A stretch of 64,000 nucleotides of DNA. Origin: Lama guanicoe. Its lineage: Eukaryota. Numbering within the stretch: position 1 is the first letter of the stretch; every line of letters starts with the position of its first letter. The DNA lies in the NCBI GenBank assembly GCA_013239625.1, contig MU054323.1:18928819-18992818 (forward strand). Direction: 5' to 3'. Below, piece by piece: positions 14,470 to 28,575 of the stretch. The notes under the pieces were generated by a model. The model searched no databases. It was not told the DNA's origin and saw nothing but the letters and a program-made list of their open reading frames with translations. A program made the translations under genes and the position numbers.

Positions 14470-16168
14470 CCTTAATTGAAATATAGTTGACAAAATCACA
14501 TTGATTTCAGATATATAATATAATGATTCAACATTTACATATATTATACAGTGTTCACCATGGTAAGTCTGGTAGCCATATGTCTCGATATAATGTTATT
14601 ACAGTGTTATTTGATCTACTCCTTATGCTGTCTATTACATCCCTGTGACTTACTAATTTTATAACAGGAAGTTTGTGCCTCTAAATTCCATTCACTTATT
14701 TCTCCCTCTACTCCCCTCTCCACCCTCTGTTCTCTATGATTCTGGGTTTTTATGTTTGTTTTGTATGTATGTTTTATTTTTCAGATTCCACATATAAGTA
14801 ACATTATGTGTTATTCCTCTTTTTCTATATGACTTACCTCACTTAGCATAATCCCCTTGAGACCCATTTGTGTTGTCACAAATGGCAAGATTTCATTATT
14901 TTTACAGCTGAGTAATATTCCATTGATTGTATGTACCACATTTTCTTTGTCCATTCATTTATTGATATATACTTAGATTGCTTCCATATCTGGGCTATTG
15001 TAAATAATGCTACAGTAAACATAGGGTGCATACATCTTTTCAAATTAGTGTTTTTGGTTTCTTCAAGTAAATGCCCAAAAACGAAATTGCTGGAGCCTAT
15101 GATAGTTCCATGTTTAACTTTTTGAGGAAACCCCATATTGTTTTCCACAGTGACTGCACCAGTTTACAATCCCAGCAACAGTGCACAATTCTTTACATCT
15201 TTGCCAATAGTTGTTATTTGTTGTAATTTTGACAACAGCTCTTCTGACAGGCGTGGGATGGTATCTCATTGTGGTTTTGATTTGCGTCTTCCTGATGATT
15301 AGGATTGTTGTGCATCTTCTCATGTGTCTGTAAGCCATTGGTACGTCTCCTTTGGAAAAATGTCTATTCAGGTCCTCTGCTAATTTATTAATCATATTGT
15401 TTGTTTTTTGATATTGAGTTGTATGATTTCTTTATATATTTTGGATACTAACCCCTTATCAGACATATCATTTACAAATATCTTCTCCCACTCAGTAAGT
15501 TACCTTTTCACTTTGTTGATGGTTTTATTAGCTGTACAAAAAAAAGCCTTTTAGTTTGATATCGTCCTATTTGTTTATTTTTACCTTTATTTCCCTTGCT
15601 GAAGACAGATTTAAAAATATATTGCTAAGACAAATGTCAAAAGACTGTAATGTCTGTGTATTCTTCATTAGAAATTTTATGGTTTTAGGTCTTAACATTT
15701 AAATCTTTAATCCATTTTGATTTATTTTTGTATATGGTAAGGAAGAGTTTCTACATTTCAGTCCTTTTCTTGTAGCTGTACAGTTTTTTAAAATGATCTA
15801 TGGAAGAGACTGTCTTTTCCAATTGTATTTTCTTGACTACTTTATCACAAATTGACTAAATAAGCAATGGTTTATTTCAGATCCTTTATTCTGTTTCACT
15901 GATCTATGTGTCAATCATTTTTCTAGTACCATATTATACTGTGGCTTTGTAGTGTGGTTTGAAATCAGAGAATGTAATACCTCCTGCTTTCTTTCTTTTT
16001 GTAAAGATCATTTTGGCCATTCAGGACTTTTTTGTGAATGCCTTTTATCTCCTTTTCTTGTCTGATTGCTGTGACTCAAAATTACAATACAGTCTTGAAT
16101 AAAAGTGGAGCTAGTGGACATTTTTGTTCTATTCCTGATCTAGACAAAATGCTGTGAGCTATTTACCA
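14470..16168 (-). mobile_element. L1 fragment (3' UTR plus ORF2 C-terminal region), internally deleted
   Basis: ORF fragments resemble the ORF2p C-terminus (AEDLNRHFSKGD...QIKTTMRYHPTPVR; PMFTVALFTIAQIWKQ). Confidence 0.9.
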
Positions 16169-17305
16169 TTTTTTATTTTTATTTTTTATTATTAGAGTAT
16201 AGTTCATTTACAGTATTATATTAGTTCCAGGCATACAGCATAGCGATTTGATATTTTTACAGTTTATACTCCATTAAAAGTTATTACAAGAGAGTGGCTG
16301 TAATTTCCTGTGCTATACAATATATCCTTGTTACTTAAACTATTTTATACATAGTCATTTGTAGGACTTAATCCCATACCTCCATTGTACCCCTCACTGC
16401 TTCCCTCTCTCCACCAACCACTAGTTTCTTTTTTTTTTTCTGTATCTGTGAATGTGTTTCTGTTTTGTTGTATACATTCGTTTTATTTCTTTAGTTTCCA
16501 CATGTAAGTGATATCATACAATATTTGTCTTTGTATGACTTATTTCATTAAGCATGATATTCTCTAGGTCCACCTATGTTGATTAATTGATACAAATAGC
16601 AGAATTTTGTCCTTTTTATGGCTGAGTAATAGTTTGGTGTGTGTGTGTGTATCGCAGTTCTTTATTTATTCATCTGTCAGTGGACATTTAGGTTGCTTCC
16701 GTATCTTGGCTATTATAAATAGTGATCCTATAAACATTGACGTGCGTGTATCTTTTTGAATTAGTGTTTTTGTTTTTTTCTGGCTATGTAACCAAAAATG
16801 TAATTGGTGGGTCATATGGTAGTTCTATTTTTAGTTTTTTCAGAAACCTCCATACTGTTTTCCACAGTGACTGTACAATTTACATTCTTACCAACAGTGT
16901 AAAAGGATTCCCTTTTCTCCACATTCTTTGTTATTTGTAGGTGTTTTGATGATAGCCATTCTGATGGGTGTGGGGTGATCTCATTGTTTTGATTTGCATT
17001 TCTCTGATAAACAATGTTAAGCATCATTTCATGTAGCTTTTGGTCATCTGCATGTTCTCTTCTGAAAAATGTTTTCTCAGGTTTTCTGCCCTTTTTAATT
17101 TTTTTTTTAAAATATTGAGTTATATGAGTTATGTATGTATTTTGGATGTTAACCCTTTGTTGGTCATAGGTCATATCATTTGCAAATATTTTCTCCCATT
17201 ATGTAGTTTGTCTTTTTATCTTGTCTGTGGTTTCCTTTACTGTGCAAAAACCTTTTAGGTTTAATTAGGTCCTGTTTGTTTATCTGTGCTTTTATTTCTT
17301 TTGAC
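16169..17305 (-). mobile_element. Second L1 fragment abutting the first
   Basis: A new T-rich tail at ~16169 followed by L1 3' UTR and ORF2 end, paralleling the 14.5-15.6 kb sequence. Confidence 0.9.
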
Positions 17306-17385
17306 AACAGGTATACTTATATAGATTTAAGTAAAAGCTCCTGAACTCAAGTTTAATAAAATAAACAAGATATTAAAACACAGAA

Positions 17386-17425
17386 CAAAGTACTTACTTT
17401 GCAATCAAAGTACTTACTTTGCAAT
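17386..17425 (+). repeat. Perfect 20-bp tandem duplication
   Basis: caaagtacttactttgcaat x2. Confidence 0.95.
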
Positions 17426-19099
17426 CAATCACAGCCAGGCTCACAGCAGTGGCTTTGCAGCCCAGTTTAGTTTTACTCTACCTGGAAGTAGTCACCGAAA
17501 AATCATGATGCCTAGTTTTCATGAAGTCAGTGAATCAGTGAGTGCTGGTATGCAGAGAATGGTCAACAAATGACTACATTTGCTTTAACAAATACTTGTT
17601 GAGTCCTAATTTTCAACTCAGCATAAATCTTTTCTCTCTCCTTAGTTTTGCAAAAAGTGATTGTAAACTATATATTTTATGTTATTTATCAGGTATCACT
17701 ATACAGTGAAATAATCTAAAAATCAATATCTACTAATTCAGAATTTTAAAATATTTTTCTAGGTAAAAATAACATTCCAAAATATTCCCTCCTTTTCTTT
17801 CTTGTTATATCAGATGGAAAATGGCAAATTCTTAATTTGGTTAAGAATAGCCAACAAGTTAATAAATACCCAAAACCTTCATCTTGAGTGGCAGTAATCT
17901 ATAAATTCACCACAAATAAAGATTTCTTTCTTTCTTTCTTTCTGTTTTTTTTTTTGGTGGACAGTATGAAAGTAGCATGGATTTTCTTTTCTTTGTTTGT
18001 GTAACACAGAACTCTACAAAACTTGAGGGTGATGAATGGATAAAGCAGAAAACCCTAGGGCAAAACAAGAAAGCACATCTCTGTCTGAGTGTTCATATGA
18101 AACTTTGTACTTTTAATTCAATATCTGAGTCTATCTGGGAGACTTGTCTTCATGGCAAGTTTATACCATTTTATTATGAGAGTTTATACTTGATGGTACT
18201 CAACAGCAGGGAAATGGAGAAGTTTGCCAAAAACGATGTCAGTTCTCTCATTCTGAAGTTTAGGAGTTATGTGTTCTCTCAGCCTCTGATTCTCTGAGAG
18301 TCAGTAATGATCCACAATGAAAGGTGTTGAATAAAAATTTCTACTTCTGTTAATTAAAAGGCAACAAACGTTAAGCTCTACCTTTTAAAATTAGAATCAC
18401 TTCTAACTTCATTGCATATTAGGGAGCAAAATTCTTTAGGAAGCTGACTTTAATCTTCTACACATAGTTCAGCTCCTGGTATTCAAATCCTCGTCTTTAG
18501 AATATAGGATTCTTTTAAAAAATAATAGAATGTATATGCCAATTTCTAACTATGAGAGCCCCTTCCCCTTGCTTAATTCTGCTTAAAATGGAAACTATAA
18601 TGAAGACAGAAGGTACAAACTGTCAGTATTATTGAGATATAGTCCTTTCATTTAACTGTATTTAAAACCAGATTCCAACCATTTCTAATTTTAATAAATG
18701 CACTCTGCTTCACAGGAAATCACAGTGGAAAGTGAACAGTTAATTTTTTTAATCATAGCAATTCTTGATTTAAGGTGCTACATAAATATAAGTGTCCTTA
18801 ATTAGCAAAGTTTCAGTTCTTGAAACATCTTTGCCTTATATTCAATTTTCCAATGCTGCAGACACATTTTAGTTCCCATTTTTCTTAACCTTTAGCTACT
18901 TTTAACCTTTAAAGTTGTGCCTTGACTCCAGGCTGGCATTTGTAATGTTTAAAGTCTTTCACTATAAATCCAAGTTTCTTTTTCTTGCTCTCAAGGAGTT
19001 GTCTGTGTTCCCAGAGTAATAAAACTTTCTCTCTTGGGTGAGGGTAGGGGGATTCTAAAATATCTAAACCTTTTAGTGTTTCAAGCATTGAGTTGGATG

Positions 19100-19350
19100 A
19101 GGCAACAGAGTGTAATCATTAAACATGTGAACTCTGCAACTAAAGTACATGGATATAAATTTCAACTCCACCATTTACTATCTGTAAAACCGTGGACGGT
19201 TATTTACCTTCTCAATGTCTTGATCCTTTAATCTGTTAAATGCAGGTGATCGAATTATCTAGCTCATGGATAGAATTATCTAGCACATGGAGTTTAAATG
19301 AGGTGATGTGAAACTATTCCTCACATATTATGCTCAGTACATTCTAGTGG
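19100..19350 (+). mobile_element. MIR SINE
   Basis: Degenerate MIR core (ctccaccatttactatctgt...gttatttaccttctc...atctgttaaatg) with an internal ~21-bp tandem duplication near 19252-19291. Confidence 0.7.
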
Positions 19351-21067
19351 TGATGATGATGGTGGTAGTGGCGAAATATTTCTACATCTCTGCTTTATTT
19401 TAAATCTTCTTTCTGAGAATCCATGATTTTAGGTTTCATCATCCTTGACTGATTACTTATAAAACATACACTTGATAACAAATGTGTGACTATCCCCAGA
19501 GTTCTAGACCTTTTCTATGAAAATGAATCTGGTTGGAAACAATGGAAGAAGTGTTAGAAAGCCTCCTCCAATAGCTGAAGAAGAGACTAGCTTTCTATAA
19601 GGCACCATATACTATAATTATTTTTGTGACTTGTATGTGTTAATTATGTTAAAAATAGAAGGAGTTACATTAAAACTGTCTTATTTTCTGTGAAATGAAG
19701 TCTCAGGAAGGAACCCTCTCATTTCAAATAATCACTTCATGTTGGTCATTCTAAATTCCCTGTAAGAACAGAAAAGGAACACTTTTTCTGAAAACGGATT
19801 GTGCACTGATTGCAACATTGTTTTTTCATCGAAAAATCAAGTTTGCCATTTCACCCAATGATTCTTATGTCGAAAGAGGTACTCTCAAGTAGGATTCTAA
19901 AAGATAATGAATATAATGTATTGCATCGTTTACCCCCCTAAAAAAAATCAGAAGAGAAAGACACAATCACAAGTAACAATTGTTCTTTTCTTTCCATAAA
20001 CTATGGTCATGAAGTCCTATATTGTAGTTTTCCACTCCATTATGTTGAACATATAAAAACTGCCCTTTTTTTCAAATTCGTATTGATAGAAAGAGAATGC
20101 ATGTCAAAATCTTAAAACAGAGCACTTAAAAGGAAGAGACAATGTTATTTTGTCTGGACTTCCATTTTTCATACGAATTAAAAATTGAAATCATCCAAGA
20201 TTTGATATTTAGAGAAAGGGCAGTTAGTACAGAATAATGAGAATTAGTCACTGTGCATATATTTGTCTAAGTATGTCATTTTCCAAAACAATATTTCAGA
20301 TATAACTTTCAGCTGAATATTTAATGTCAATTTGGTTGGTGTTCCTATTGGTATGTAAAATAATGGAGTCATGTGGTCTCTGATAAAATATCACTCTATT
20401 ACATTATAAATATTTAGTGAGCCTCTAATAATTTATTAGTCTTTAAGAAATTTAAAAACTGAGTGAAATATGTGACTCCCTCTCAGAGAAGTCAGTCTTT
20501 AGCGTGTGAGGTATTATTACAAACAAGAAATTTTAAAAAATATGCTATTGAGGTTAATTTCAAAGTTGTAATCTTTCCTAATTATCTCACCTCCTGTAAT
20601 TGGTTTCACCTCTCTGACTTCTGGCAGAAGCATCATTGTGTGGTCAGTTTGGGAGTAAACTGTTCGTCTCTTTGGTCTGTCTGGACACACTCAGAAATTG
20701 ATCAATGCAGCATTTTATATTCCTCTTGATGACATCAGTATTTTTACATCTACGTCTCTTTATTTTCCAGCAATCCTTTATATAAAGAAATTAATAAATA
20801 AGATGCATATTATAAAAATATGACATGTTAAAAATGTCTTGGTTTGTGATAAAATCATAAACCCAGCAACCAAGGTCATGCTAATGATTGGACTAGTGAC
20901 AGAGCTTGTGGAAAGATCAGACAAGAAGTTTTTTGAATTGTCATTTGAATATTCCTGTATTACTGTTTATGTTCTATAAGTAATATAGTCTGAGCATTCT
21001 CAGGGGCAGTTTTTGCTTTTTTGTAGAATCACAGGTTATTCCAACTCACAACAGCTTTTGTTCAGAT

Positions 21068-21681
21068 GTTTTTCTCTTCCAGGTTTGTTGAGGTATGATT
21101 GACATGCAGCACTAGGTTGAAGGTGTGCAGCATAATTTGATTTACACACATCATGGAATGATGAGCACAATAAGTTTAGTGAATATCTGTCATTTTATTT
21201 ACAGGTACAAATTTAAAGAAATAGAAACATTAGTTTCCTTGTACTGAGAACTCTGAGGATTTACTCTCTTAACAGCTTTCATATATAACATGTAGCAGTG
21301 TTAATTATATTAGTCATGTGGTACATGACAGCTCTACTACTTATTTATCTTCTACTGAAAGTTTGTACCTCTTGACTGCCTTCATTCAGTTTCCCTTACC
21401 CGCCCTCTCCACCTCTGGTAACCACAAATCTGATCTCTTTTTCTATGGATTTGCTTGTTTGTTTGTTTTTGAAGTTTAGTTGACCTACAACACCATGTTA
21501 GTTCCTGGTGCACAACTTGTTTTGATATTTCTATACATTTCAAAATGATCACCAGGCTGCATCTAGTTACCATTTGTCACCACACAAAGACACCACATAA
21601 TTACTGACTATATTCCCCACACTGTACATTTATATTTATGACAGATTTTGCAACTAGAAATTTGTGTCTCTTAATTCATAG
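21068..21681 (-). mobile_element. L1 (L1MA9-like) 3' end with ~22-bp TSD
   Basis: L1 3' UTR motifs (ctggtaaccacaaatctgatctc). TSD tcacaacag[c/a]ttttgttcagat at 21046-21067 and 21682-21703. Confidence 0.85.
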
Positions 21682-22999
21682 TCACAACAGATTTTGTTCA
21701 GATTTTTTTAAATAAAAAAAATTCATTTCTATGGAAATGAAGGAGAATCAGAAAGACTCACATTTTGACATCCAAAAATCTTTATTAGTTTACTAAGGAA
21801 CTAGTCTGTGGTAAATAGGGTCAAAAGCTTAAGCTAAATGCTATTTCAGTGGAAAATGATGAAAATTAATTTGTTTAATTATACACTGTTTCTGGCCTTT
21901 TGTATTTTTCTTTCTCATAATTTTCAATATTCATCTATTTAAGTACTATAGTTACAAAATAGATCATTGTCAAACTTTGTATTTATTTGAATTTATCTAT
22001 TCAATAAACAGAAATTAGACTTTGATTCACTTACCTCTTTTCACACAGGTATTAGAAGAGAAATGAAAACCTCTCTATTTCCCATTCTCCATGAATAGGA
22101 AGTCAAACTAGACAGGAAAGCATAAAGCAAATGTTGATGTTCTTTTGTGCTCAGTTTTCCCACTGTAATGCAAATGTCAACTGTTTTGTTGATTATTTCC
22201 CTCCAATGATCCGTAGATTTAGAGTTGACAATAACCATGACCATAACAGTGAACTGTATCATGATTTGAGATTGCTCAATTTTACAAACAAATAACCCAA
22301 GGCTTTGGAGATCCTTCTGGTTCATTTAGGTGAATTTACCTGAAAATTAAAATAGAGTCCTTTAGTAACTGACATATGTCCGTGAATGTCTTCCTGAGAA
22401 CATGTTTTTAGGAGAACTACTATTCAAGAATGAAGTTGGCTCTTCTCATTTTTTATGTGCAGCAAAATAAATGCTTTTCCCACAGTTGAACAAAACTTTG
22501 AAGAGTTAATTTGTATAAAAACAAAGGCTGTCCAAAGCCTCAAGTGTCATAAAGTGATGTCAACCAAGAAATTACATTTCCCATTTTATTTTCCTAATAA
22601 TAGCTATAGTTATTGAGAAGTTAGCATGCTTTAGGAACATGAGAAAATTAATGATATCATATATTCACAAAAATTGAAAACAAATCAGAAAAGAGGGACT
22701 CATTAAAATAATGTCTATATTTATCAACCTTTTTATTAAGCTATGTATATTAATTATTTAAATTATTTTTTATTTTGAAAAGCACTGGCTTGAGAATAAC
22801 AAGACCTGAAAGTTCTTCATTATTCTAAAAACCAAATGCTTTTCATAAAAATTAAATCTATGGATTTCAATATCTTTTTAAGGGTAATAAGGATACAGAA
22901 TAAACCCCAATAGAAGCATTTAAAGAGAACATCCACACACACTCTTAAGGTCACATCTGCCAACCTACCTATAACTTTGTTATTATGGTCAAAATACTT

Positions 23000-24420
23000 G
23001 TCTCTCTCTATACTACATTTAGTCCTCTCTTGTCTACTCAGTTTCTCCTTACTCCATTATATTATCAATTTTTCATCTTTGCTGGATTATTTCATTTAAG
23101 ATAAAAACCTGATATATTATATGCTGTATTAAAATATGCATTTGTGCACACATTCTGCTCCAGTTAATGCCCCATTTCTTTGCATCCTTATACAATAAAA
23201 CTTCTTGAAAATATTGCCTCCACTTATCATCCTTCATTTACTCTTTAAGCCAGTGTAACTAGACCTTCATCTGTACCACTCCAACAGCTGTTGTTCAAAT
23301 CAGCAATGACCAGTACATTGCTACATCCAGTGGTTTTAGTTCTCAAGACAGTTGGTCACTTATTCCACCATAAACTCTTTTTCCACTTTGCTGTCAAGAC
23401 ATCGGTTTCTCTTCCGTCTCCTCCTACCTCCATTGCTGCTACCTTTTTTTGCTGGCTTTTCTTTTTCTGCTAACCTGTTGGAGATCCCCAGGACTAAAGC
23501 CTCAGACTTCTCTTCTTCACCTATATTTACTCTGGGAGACTCCATTCAATCTTATAGTATTAAGTGTTATTTAGGATTCCCCATTTTGTATCGGTATATC
23601 TGACTGTTCCTCTGAATTCTAGACTTTCACATACAACTAATTCATCAACATTTACAGTTGTATATCTAATAATCATCTTAAACTTAAACCTGATTCCTCT
23701 GTGCTCCCAAATTCTCTCCTCCACATCTACCCTATCTCATTTGGAGTGTTTTATGTTTCCTTTATTTCTTTCATACACCACACCCAATCTATCAGTAAAT
23801 TCTTTTGGCTTAAGCTTTGAAATAGAACTGGAATTTTACCACTCTCAGAATTTGTACTGCTACTATCAAATTCCAAGCCATCATTGTCTCTTATCTGGAT
23901 TATTGCAATAGTTTATAACTGGAATCCCTGTTTTTTGTCCTTGCTCCCTACTCTGCCCCCTTAATGATCCTTTCAGAATGTGAGAAAAAGCATGTCATGC
24001 ATATAAAGAATCCTTTAATGAATTTCTTTCTCACAGTAAATAGGAAAATTCAAACAATGTCTTCCAGGGCCCTACCTGTTATGGCTTCGCCAAGTTACCG
24101 CCTAGCTCTTCTGTTGGCCTGAAACACTGGCTTTTGTGTAAGCTTGTAGCTCACTTCCTCACACTTTTCAGGTCTCAGCTCAAATGTTCTATTTTCAGTA
24201 TACTCCACCACCACCACCACTATCCTGAACTTCCTATTCCCTTGACCCACTTTATTGTATTTGTCAGAGTTTTATTATTCCATTATTTACCTGCTTATTG
24301 AGTGTCTCCCTCTTCCTGAAATAAAAGGTCACTGAGCACCAGGACTTCCTTCACTGCTGTATGTAACCCCAGAACCAGTAAGAGTTTCTGGACTGTAGAA
24401 AGTATTTCATAAATCTTCTG
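23000..24420 (+). mobile_element. LINE2 fragment, highly diverged
   Basis: L2-type motifs (ccactccaacagctg, tctggattattgcaatag, ggtctcagctcaaatg) and an L2-like tail near 24360-24420. Confidence 0.75.
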
Positions 24421-25099
24421 AAAGGCTGGGGAAAAGAACCTCCATGTTTCCTTTTCACTTGCTATACCACGATATGTTCCCTAATACATTTTACCATGAA
24501 CATTGACGTTTCTATAAATACTGTCCACCTACATTCTCCTAATATCTCCTTTTGAGACTAATAACTGTTTATTGTTTTATTTTATATTTTAACTGTTTAT
24601 TTCATATTTTATCATTAAAAAGAGATTTTAGAGCTTATTTTTAAAAGAAAATAAGCAGAAATTTGATGGAAATACTACAATTGCTATGAAGCTATCTTAT
24701 ACTTCAATTCTAAATTAAATAATATTTTAATTGTAAATTAAGTTAAACTTACTTCTAAATTAAGATAACTGCAGTATAATGCATTTCAGCTGAACAGTTT
24801 TTGGAAAGGATACTATGTTAGAGAATTTGTTTCTAGAACAAGTTGAGGAAATACACAAATCTAGACCATAGTTTTGATTTAGTTACCATCTGGTCAAAAC
24901 TTTGATGGTTCCCCATTGAGTGCAATATAAAGTCTGAATCCCTGACAGTGGTATTTAAGATTTTCTTTAATCTGGAAAGTTAAATTACAGCCTGACTTTT
25001 AGTTCAACTCCATTACTACCTCCGCAGCCCAAGCCCCCACCACACCCGCATCAGCCACACACATTATACTGCTTCACGTTTCATGGTTGATATGCTCAT

Positions 25100-25360
25100 A
25101 GGATACTATCAGGTATAGCAAGTTCTGGAGTCACACATGTGGGTTTGTATAGTGACAAGTTTCTCTGAGTTTCCCAAGTAAACTTCATATGAGTATTTTT
25201 CCCAAGATACTGCGTGTATTTGGATCTAAAGCTTACAAGCTGTGTGATCATAGCTAAGCAATATCACTTACCCAGTTTGCTCAGCTGTAAAATAAATGTA
25301 ATAATCTACTGTCTCTATTATTACTATTAAAAAGAGAAGGTGCCTAATGAAATACTTAAA
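25100..25360 (+). mobile_element. MIR fragments
   Basis: tctggagtcacac...gggtttg; cttacaagctgtgtga; cagtttgctcagctgtaaaat. Confidence 0.5.
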
Positions 25361-25738
25361 ACAAGTAGATATGAAGAGATGTATGCTTATTCTTTTTCTT
25401 ACTCCGATCCAGTATCACTTAACCCCATTACCTGTGTATGCCACAGAGTTCTCTTTGTCATACAACTTTTAAGTTATTTGTTTTGATTAGTTTAATTCTT
25501 GTTCTTGAAGTGTTTTTTTTCTTATACACTATTTACTATGTTATTATAGCTATAACCAAGATATATACTCTCCCTGGGCACCAATCTACTACCATTTTTA
25601 AGTTCTCTTCTCAACATGCAATTCAAAGCTTTAAAGATTTTATAGAAAAAGGAATTTTAAAGGGTAAGATAGCTCCCTATGAGCCTGGTCTATCAAAAGA
25701 TGCATTTAGATGAAAAGTTATAAATATATGAGTTTGTG

Positions 25739-26825
25739 TGTCAGGGAGGAAAAGTTTTCCTTTATACTTCTAAGTTCTTATGGCTGGTCTAAAATTTAAA
25801 TTAACATGACAGATGACCAGGAGAAAGTCAAAACAAAAGTTTAATGACATGTATACATGGAAGAAACCTAGGAAAACTGAATAACTCTCAGGGAGGAGGA
25901 TATACCCCTATCCCTCTTGACTTGTGTCTTCACTAATAATAACAGTCATACCAGACAGATTAACAGGAGAAAAAGAAACAGAATTTAATTTATGTGCATG
26001 AAGGTCTCAGAGAAATGGGACCAAAGAAGTGGCCAAAATAGGAAGTTTGTATACTTTTTAAACAATCAAGTTGTGAGGAGTTGATGGGACAAAGAAACAG
26101 GTTTTGGGTGCTCAACTAGTGAAAAATATAAACAGAATTTGGGCCTGAGGTAGTTAATTGAAGAAGTAACAGTTTTGTTTATACAGGCTTCTTGGTCTAA
26201 ATTTCCTATCTCTGTTGATAAGAGTGTCCCTCCACCTTCTGATGCATGGAGGGCACCTTTCACATGAGGGATCTATTTCCTGCTTTTAGGGAGACAGGGG
26301 GGTCTGAGCCCTCTTGTATTGGCCCTTTCTTGAGTAACTTTAATTCAGAATACTTAATATGCCATTGAGGCATATTTTGGGGTGGCTTACCTTGAGCCCC
26401 AACATTGACAAAATGGCCAAAGTTCACATCTTAAATACCATCTTCAGCTAAAGATAAGAGATTGTTGTGGGCAGTGGTTTGGGACCTCAAAGGGCAAGAA
26501 GGCAATTGACATGGGTATGGAAAAGCAAATGTTTAGTAAAAAATAACAACAACAACAAAATGTTTGCTGGGCTATGCAGAGACAATGGGACACAGAGTGG
26601 ACTCTGGTCTGCCAAATTTCCCCCACCACACCTATCCCATCTGCTTTGTAGATATTTCTGGTTGTAGCTCTATTACAGGATCAGACCCTTTATCTAAATT
26701 TTTTAGGAAGCTAAAGGGGAGGTAAAAAGTCTTCCAAAATCTTCTGTTTCTAAAAAATAATTAGCCTAAATTAACTCTCATGCCAAAGAGACACATTTAG
26801 GGGTGGCAAATTTTGCTCCCTTACA
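25739..26825 (-). mobile_element. ERV1 solo LTR (MER34/MER39-like) interrupted by a second LTR
   Basis: TG...CA termini. The minus strand starts tgtaagggagcaaaatttgccacccc. Collinear with the LTR at ~35990-36536 apart from the insert. Confidence 0.85.
25887..26404 (-). mobile_element. Nested ERV1 solo LTR (MER34-like)
   Basis: The minus strand starts tgttggggctcaaggtaagccaccccaaaatatgcc. It splits the host LTR between ...gaataactc and ttgacaaaatggcc. Confidence 0.75.
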
Positions 26826-28115
26826 GATATGCCCAACAATCACTATTTAATTTTTTGATTAACATTACTAAAAATGATTTGAGGTGCCATGATGGAATGA
26901 AAATAACTTTAAAGCAATTAGTTTCTGATCTTATGCCCAGAAACATTAGCTTGCAGAAAGATTATTTTCTTAAACAGTCTGTTTTAAAGTAACATAATCT
27001 TACTTCAAAATTACTGTATGTTTTCTTTAAATCAAACATGCTTAAACATTTTCATTAGTTGAACTAGATAAATAATTTATAAGTCAAGATAAAGTGAGAG
27101 CTGTATTTTGAAATTAGAGTATTTTCTCTGAAGAAGCAAAAATGAAATATTCAGAGGTTAACTTGGATTAGGTAAAAATAATTTCTTCCAAGTAATGCTA
27201 TTTCTGTCACATTATCCAAAACAGCAGATTTTCTTCTGGCTTTGTAGATTGTGTTTTCAGTTCCTGTTGGGTCATTTTGTCCATTAAGTACTTCCCTTCA
27301 AGGTACTGAGTAATCATTCCTTTTAAGCACTATATAGCAAATAATTTGTTGTCAAATGTCCTGGTGCTTTCTTATTTCTTTTTTTCTAAGTACTAGATTT
27401 TTTAAAAAATCAATTGAATTTACAGTCACAGCCATTCGTTCTGGAGTGAAAAAGCCTTCAGAGAAAGTCAGACCAGTTTAAAGGAAAGTTTATTTTGACA
27501 TTTAAACCTCAGGTGAAAAATAAGTTTTGCTATTAGTATTGAATAAGAAAGAATTTTTTTGGAAAAAAAATAATGTCGGTAGACAACAGTGATTGTAAAT
27601 CAGATAAAATTTTTTTTTCCCGTTTTATCCTTACTTGCTATAACATTATATAAAACATATATTATTGCAACTTATGTTGAAATGTAACTGAATGTTACAT
27701 TTAAATGTATATTCTTGCAACTTGCCTGAATGTTTCAAGACAAACTAAATTGTGTTTCAAGTTTAAAAGAGATATTATTTTGAATACATTGAATATTCTG
27801 AAGAGTTTATTAATCATTGTATTTTTCATAACTCTTGTTCTGCCAGAATTCTTTTCCACGTATTTAAGTTTTCTTGAGAACTTTCCATATATTTGAAAAT
27901 ATTATCAAATCTATTTTTTATAATAAAGAAACCCTTGACAAATCTTAGAAAAAATGCTAAAATGTTTAATTAAAAATTTACGTCATCAGCATTAGTCCTA
28001 GGTCTATAAGTATATTTGTAAGGTTAAAATACCTTTTATATGATGGGTAGAAAGAGATAAAGATACAGATGGAGATATATCTGTCACCCATCTGTCTAAT
28101 ACTTATTTATTTAAC

Positions 28116-28575
28116 TGTGGTTGATGAAAGATTAATCAGTTGATCTAAGAAAGAAATGAAAATTTTTGTTTGAGCCAAATTTGAAGATTATAACCCAGGA
28201 AGAGAATCTCAGAAAGCCCTGATAACTGTTTTTGCCAGTTAGAAATCAATGCATAGGTTTGTAAGTTTTTTGAGACAGAAGGCTGTACATCAAATGATGT
28301 ATTATTGACAGTTTACATAATCCAGATCTAGGCATTATCTTGGTGGGTCATGTGACCCCTTACAAGATCAAAAGCAAATGTTATCTTTTAAGAAGTTCTC
28401 TTGTTGATGTTGCTCTTGATGGTTGAGCAGGTATTCTTGCCAGTTGGGGAGGTTTGGTCAGTGCATAATGCAGATACCCAATGAACAATGTGGGGAGAGA
28501 GGAAGCCAAAGCACAGGAATAATTTTTTATGTTTAAATTTTTCTTGTCTTGCCATAAAATATAAATTTTATTTCA
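28116..28575 (-). mobile_element. ERV1-class solo LTR
   Basis: ~460 bp with TG...CA ends. The segment gattataacccaggaagagaatctcagaaagccctgataactg resembles the LTRs of the 31.7-35.3 kb provirus. Confidence 0.7.

Noticed and set aside
14876..17258. ORFs resembling a conserved protein
   Set aside because: They are broken L1 ORF2p C-terminal fragments or their antisense frames.
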